NCBI GenBank assembly: GCA_965240325.2
Contig: OZ251225.1
Location: 3,534,001 to 3,598,000 of the forward strand
DNA: 64,000 nucleotides
Direction of reading: 5' to 3'
From: Rebecca billardiae RCC1528
Taxonomy: Eukaryota; Protista; Haptophyta
The first letter of the stretch is position 1, and every line of letters starts with the position of its first letter. Below, piece by piece: positions 58,980-64,000 of this stretch. The notes beneath the pieces were generated by a model that worked only from the letters and a program-made list of their open reading frames with translations, ran no database searches and was not told the DNA's origin. Position numbers and translations under genes: made by a program.

Positions 58980-61900
58980 TCAATTCGAAACTGGTGTAAC
59001 CATGATGTCTCGAAAATTGGTGAACTTGTCCTTGGGTAGCGCCTTGGTCAGACAATCGGCGATGTTTTCCGATGTGTGCACCTTGGTGATGTTGACTGCA
59101 CCGAGGTCGACACAATCTCGAATAAAATGGTGTCGTACGTCGATGTGCTTGGTGCGCTTATGATGAATGCTGTTCTTTGAGAGATCAATCGCCCCCTTGT
59201 TGTCCTCGTGGATCACAATGGGAGTCTTTGGAATGTTGAGGATATCGCTGATGACGTCGCGTAGGTAAACTGCCTCTTTGGCTCCTTCCGCGAGAGCGAC
59301 ATATTCGGCCTCACATGATGAGAGGGTTGTGATTGACTGCTTGAAGGTGCGCCACGATACTGGGCCGCCAGCATGGAAGTAGATATAGCTTCCGGTCGAG
59401 CGGCGATCTTTTGTATCGTTGGCCCAGTCCGAGTCCACAAACATCTCCGTTCGTGGCTGAGTAGTAGCCGTTGATGTGAAAGTGATGCCGGAATTCTTTG
59501 TCCCGGCCAAGTACCTGAGCACTCGCTTGGCACCTTTAAGGTCGTTCGAGCTTGGGCTTGCCATGTGCCTTGCCAACATATTGACTGCGTAGCTGATGTC
59601 GGGTCGGCAGGTGTTCATGATGAATAGTAGCGCTCCGACAATTGCTCGGTAGGTCTTTGATTCCTCCGGCGAGCACGATGATGAATCGTCTGTCTCGACT
59701 GCTGTCGGATGCTCTGCTGCCGATCTGCACGGGTTGTCGACGGGCGTAATGTCGCTCATGTCGTGCTTCTTGAGGAGATCGGTGATGTACTGTGACATGG
59801 AGATAGTCGTCGACTTGGGCCCCTGGGCGATACTCATGCCTAGGAAAGTCGTTGCTGGTCCCAGATCCCGGAGGGTGAATTCTTTTCGAATTTCTCCGAT
59901 AATCGAGCTGGGCCTTGCGCTGTCGGGGGAGCTGCTCAGAATAAGCAGGTCGTCCACGTACACTGCGATGACGTCGATGATGTCTCCTGAGGTGCGGACG
60001 AAGATGCACTCCGACTGTGTGAGTTTCTTGAATCCTTTCTCTCGCAGTTTCTGGCTGAGGCGGATGTGCCATCGTCTGCCGCTCTGCTTAAATCCTGGAA
60101 GGGCCATATCCCAGTCAGCCGCGACCACGTGTCCCTAGGGTGGCTTGAGGGCACACGGGTACAGCGGGGGTAGCGTAGTGTAGATCTTCAGGCCGTCCTC
60201 CAATGGGGCTTGGAGGTACGCCGTACTCACGTCCGCAGAGTGGATGATCCAAGGTTTTTCTGGTGTTCGTAGCTCCGTCGTCAGTGCCAATAGGAGGCGT
60301 ACGTTCTCGTACCGGATAGTAGGCGAGAACACCTCGTCGTAATTGACTCCTTGAATCTGGCGGAAGCCTTGACCAACCAATCTTGCCTTGTACCGTTCGA
60401 TGGTACCATCTGGATTGGCTTTGACCTTGAAGACCAGCTTCGATGGGATAATTGCTTTCCCTTTGGGAACAATGACGGGCGTGAATGTGCCCAGCCTGTC
60501 GTGGGCCTCGTATTCTTCCATGATAGCCCTTGTCCAATCGGATGCTTGCTTGCTCTCCATCGCTTCCTTGAACGATGTAGGTACCGGGATATCTGATGCG
60601 AGCTGCGCGAGCTGCGCGCGCGCGCGCGCGCGCCGCGTCGGCGGGAAGTATGACTTGCCAGTCATGTTGCGAGTCCGCTGTGGGCGGCGATCGGCGGAGG
60701 GAGGAGGCTGCTTTGGCTGCGGTGGCGTATTGCTCTGCGATGGTCCGCCTCCAGCTCCGGGGCCGTCTCCATCACCGTCGTCGCCGTTGCCATCATCTCC
60801 CTTCTCGTCGTCGTCGGGTTTGTCCCTGTCGTCCTCGTCGTCATCGTAGTCTGATTTCTCGTCCGGCGATGGCGGATCGTCTCCTCCGCGCTCGGAGTCG
60901 CTGTCGGCGTCACTGCTGCTGCTGGCAAACTCTTCGTCGCCCTCCTCGTTGGTGTTGCTGTCACGGGTCTTACCAGCATCTGCACCTTGAGGAGGTCGCC
61001 GAGCGCTCCACGCCAGCAGGGGGTCCCGAATTTCGCGGATCTCCTTGAAATGCGTAGAGATTCGATCCAAAATGACTTGCTCGTTGAACTTGACGTGCCG
61101 AGTGATGACGATTTTCCCGTCGTCGGCACTCAAAACGATGTATCCGTGCGATCGCTTGATGGCGCCTCGCTCGAAGATACCGTCAAATCCGTATCCCAGT
61201 AAGATGCCCTCCCGCGCGCGCGGGAGTAGCTTGTTCTGCTTGTTGATCGACTGTACGAGGTAGATGCAGGGCGAGCCCCAGACTCTCAGCTTTTGCAGGA
61301 AGGGCCCGGGCGAGGTGCCAAACATCAACTCGTGCGGTGAAACCAGCTTGCCATCGCTGGTAGGATGCTTGCTCATCAGGTTGCGTTGCGCGGCAGCGCA
61401 CTTGGCTGCCCAATACCACCATTTGTGGTGTACGCCTGAGAGGTACAGCATTGTCCTCGCGTCATTCATGATGACTCCGAGGCCACGTTCGGCGACGCCG
61501 TTCAGCTGCTGCGTGTGGGGGGGCGACATGTAGTTGCATAGCATGTCGTACCTGCGAAGGACTCGGTTCCAATTCTTTGAGTGTAACTCTCGGCCTCCGT
61601 CGAGGTGAATGGTGCATCCGGCGATGCCCTTGTTCTGCATGGTGGCGGATAGAGAGTTGGCTCCCATCTCGCTGGCCATGAGGTCGAGCTTCTCCGGCGC
61701 TTCAGCCTTGTTTTGCATGTCGTAGAAGCGCATGTATCCGGAAAAATCATCGATGAATAGAGTTCCCCACCTTGGAGTCTTTGCGGGCAGCCCGTTGATG
61801 GGCCCGATGACATCGTTGTGGAGCATCTCGAGCGGTCGAGTTGTTCTCTCACGTGTGCCCGGGAACGGCTTGGCCTTGAACTTGGCAACGTCGGAGGGCT

Positions 61901-64000
61901 GGTACGTGCAGGGCGATGCCTCCGACATCTTGTCGTTCGCGCGGTAGGTTGCGCGTACACGCTTGATATCGGCATATCCTAGTCTGGATTGCCAGAGCGT
62001 GATCTTCCGCCCGTTCTTGATCGGGTCGACGTCTGGTGGCACGTCGTCCGCGGTGGCCGGCATGGCTGTCTCGGCCTTGGGTACGACTGCCTTGAATCCG
62101 ACCGTGTTGTCGGGGCGCAAATGAACCCTCTTGGGGCCGATGCGGATGTATGGTCGTTCGTCGAACACCACAGCCATTCCGACCGCGGCGAACGCGTTGA
62201 CTGAAAAGAGAGTAGTATCGAGATCTTCGACTCCGACAACGTTTTCCAGGCACACCGGCACGGTTGTGTCTGAGTCGGCGTCGAGTAAGTATACGTACAT
62301 GTCGCCTGCCTTGGATGCGTGTAGCTCAATGTCGCGCTTGGCAACCTTGACAGACATGCTGATCGGGTGAGCATTGTGTAGCAGGCCGAGGTTGATATCG
62401 ACAAATGATTGGGACGCGCCCGAGTCCAGATACGCGTATTGCGTCGGCTCGAGATCTGCGTCATCGGGTTCCGGGTCGATGTCCTCGTCTTGCACCATCT
62501 GGGCCCGCGGCCTCCCCGCCCGCTTTTGGGGCGGAGGTACTTTGATGAACTTGCCGTCGCGCCCGCCGGGCTTGGCGGGCGGCTTGAAGTTGCCCTGCCT
62601 TGGTGCACCGGGCGGCCTGGGTGGCCGCAAGTCTGGATGTAGCTTCCAGCACCGCTCTGCGGTGTGGTTGCGTAGCCCACAGTGCGAGCACGTGACGGCT
62701 GGTTGTCGGCGGTCCGCCTCCTCAGTATTGAGAGCGTGCGCGGGACCACCCCGCTTGGGGTCACGTTGCGTTGCCTGTCGTCCCTTGGGCGACTGAGTCC
62801 AACGCCTGTATGCGTCCTCGATCTGGGCGGTGAGCTGTTCGGTCTGGGCCACGCACTGCTGGGGCGACATTGAACCGTAAATAGAGATGACGGTCGAGTA
62901 GACCTCTGGGTGCTCGTGCATCCCGTTGTACAACTTGAAAACGAGGAGTGTGGCGTCGTCTAGCTCTCGATAGCGTGATGCGCGTACCATCTCCACCGTT
63001 TGCTTGATCATCTCGGGGCCGCTCACCGGGGTCGGTCGGTCCGGGTAGAGCTTCTTGAACTCAGCTCGGAGCTCCGACATGGTCGATACGTTCAGCTCGT
63101 GCTCGAAGATCTCGAGCAGAGTGTGTAAATTCAGGAAATTCTCATTTGGATTCACGATGTGCCGTTTCGACTCGAGGTACGAAAAGAGACTCGGCAGCAT
63201 CATGTCCTTGATACGCTTGAAAAGTACATCCACCGATCGCTCGTAGACGATCGTCATCTGCATGATGGTGGTGTCCGCGTCCATGTTTGCGAATGCGGTT
63301 GCGTACGGTTCCCGAATAGCATTTTCGGCTGTCCACACGGCAGCCTCGGCCAGCGCGTATCCGGAGAGCCTGGCCTCGACGGGGGTGACCATGGACGACG
63401 TAGTGTCGGTCGCTCTTCCCTTGAAGGAAGCCTTGACCTCGGTGACTGCGTCCTTGATCGCTCCGTGGATAGCCATTTTCGATTTGATTGTGAAGAAATT
63501 CAGCTTGTAGCTTCCGACGCCAGGCTGGCTTGTCTGCACAGCCATCATTGCATGTGCGTCGGGCAAGTAGGTGATGCAAGCTTCGCCTCCATTTCTGCGC
63601 GTTCGTGGTGACGCGTCGAGCGAGCTTGTCTCAATGTGGTCCTCTGCTGTGGCATAGCTGCCCATGTCCGACGATGTAGAAGACTCGTCCCCATCGCTGC
63701 TCTGCTGTGCGCTGTTGTCGTCACCAGTCGTGGCAGGTGGGTAGTTTGTGACACCACCAGGTGGGCCGTCGTCAGCCGGCGAGTGTCCCTCGCTCGCTTC
63801 AGAAGTCAGCCCATAGAACTCTTTGTGCAGGAAGCATGCGACACCTGGCTGTAGGAGTGCGTCATTACAATGGAACATGAGATCGAACTTGCTTTGGTGA
63901 AGCTCGTCCCTCTCCCGCACATAGTCTCCAACTGTGTAGTTGTGACCTTGCCGCTCTGCGGCTGCTGCGATGAAGCCTCCCGAGTAGATAGTGCATCGTT
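58980..64000 (-). pseudogene. Copia gag-pol polyprotein with one in-frame TAG (60135-60137) inside RT; frame open to window edge
   Basis: Zn knuckle CSHCGLRNHTAERC; protease YLDSGAS; integrase HNDVIGP/LDGGRE/NGVAER; RT YKARLVGQGF, ADVSTAYLQ, VYVDD; RNase H FVDSDWA..EAEYVA..EDNKGA..ADCLTK. The two listed ORFs are in the same frame. Confidence 0.88.

Larger units (their letters stand above)
58341..64000 (-). mobile_element. Ty1/Copia LTR retrotransposon (5' part outside window)
   Basis: Domain order gag-PR-IN-RT-RH. PPT TTGAGGGGGCG overlaps the stop codon and is followed by TGTCAAAG (58972). The putative LTR ends ...AACCTACATCA at 58341. Confidence 0.93.

Overview
Very GC-rich eukaryotic nuclear DNA with GT(GCG)..CAG introns and plastid-type bipartite targeting peptides. 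This fits a secondary-plastid alga such as a haptophyte, but the species cannot be confirmed from sequence alone. Nine host genes are supported: an unknown membrane protein head-to-head with ClpP, a thylakoid-type FKBP, Tim22, a coiled-coil protein with a YfaP/DUF2135-like C-terminus, a U2AF-large-subunit-like RRM protein, a ~5,140-aa ARM/IQ/WW protein, a gamma-butyrobetaine-dioxygenase-like enzyme and a 4,780-aa modular type-I surface protein. The ~5,140-aa protein has four CEP164-type WW modules and a huge Ala/Glu/Lys rod. The intergenic DNA is rich in mobile elements. Three sequence-distinct ~1.1-kb foldback elements share CAAGGG..ACTCC ends and exact 7-bp target duplications, and one is nested in another. 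There is also a 2.2-kb foldback with ~810-bp arms and a non-coding split-direct-repeat element (A-B-A-B, TOC1/PAT/Ngaro-like) containing a two-unit minisatellite. The window ends in a Copia LTR retrotransposon whose integrase lacks the HHCC zinc ligands. Most other ORFs in the track are GC-bias shadows.
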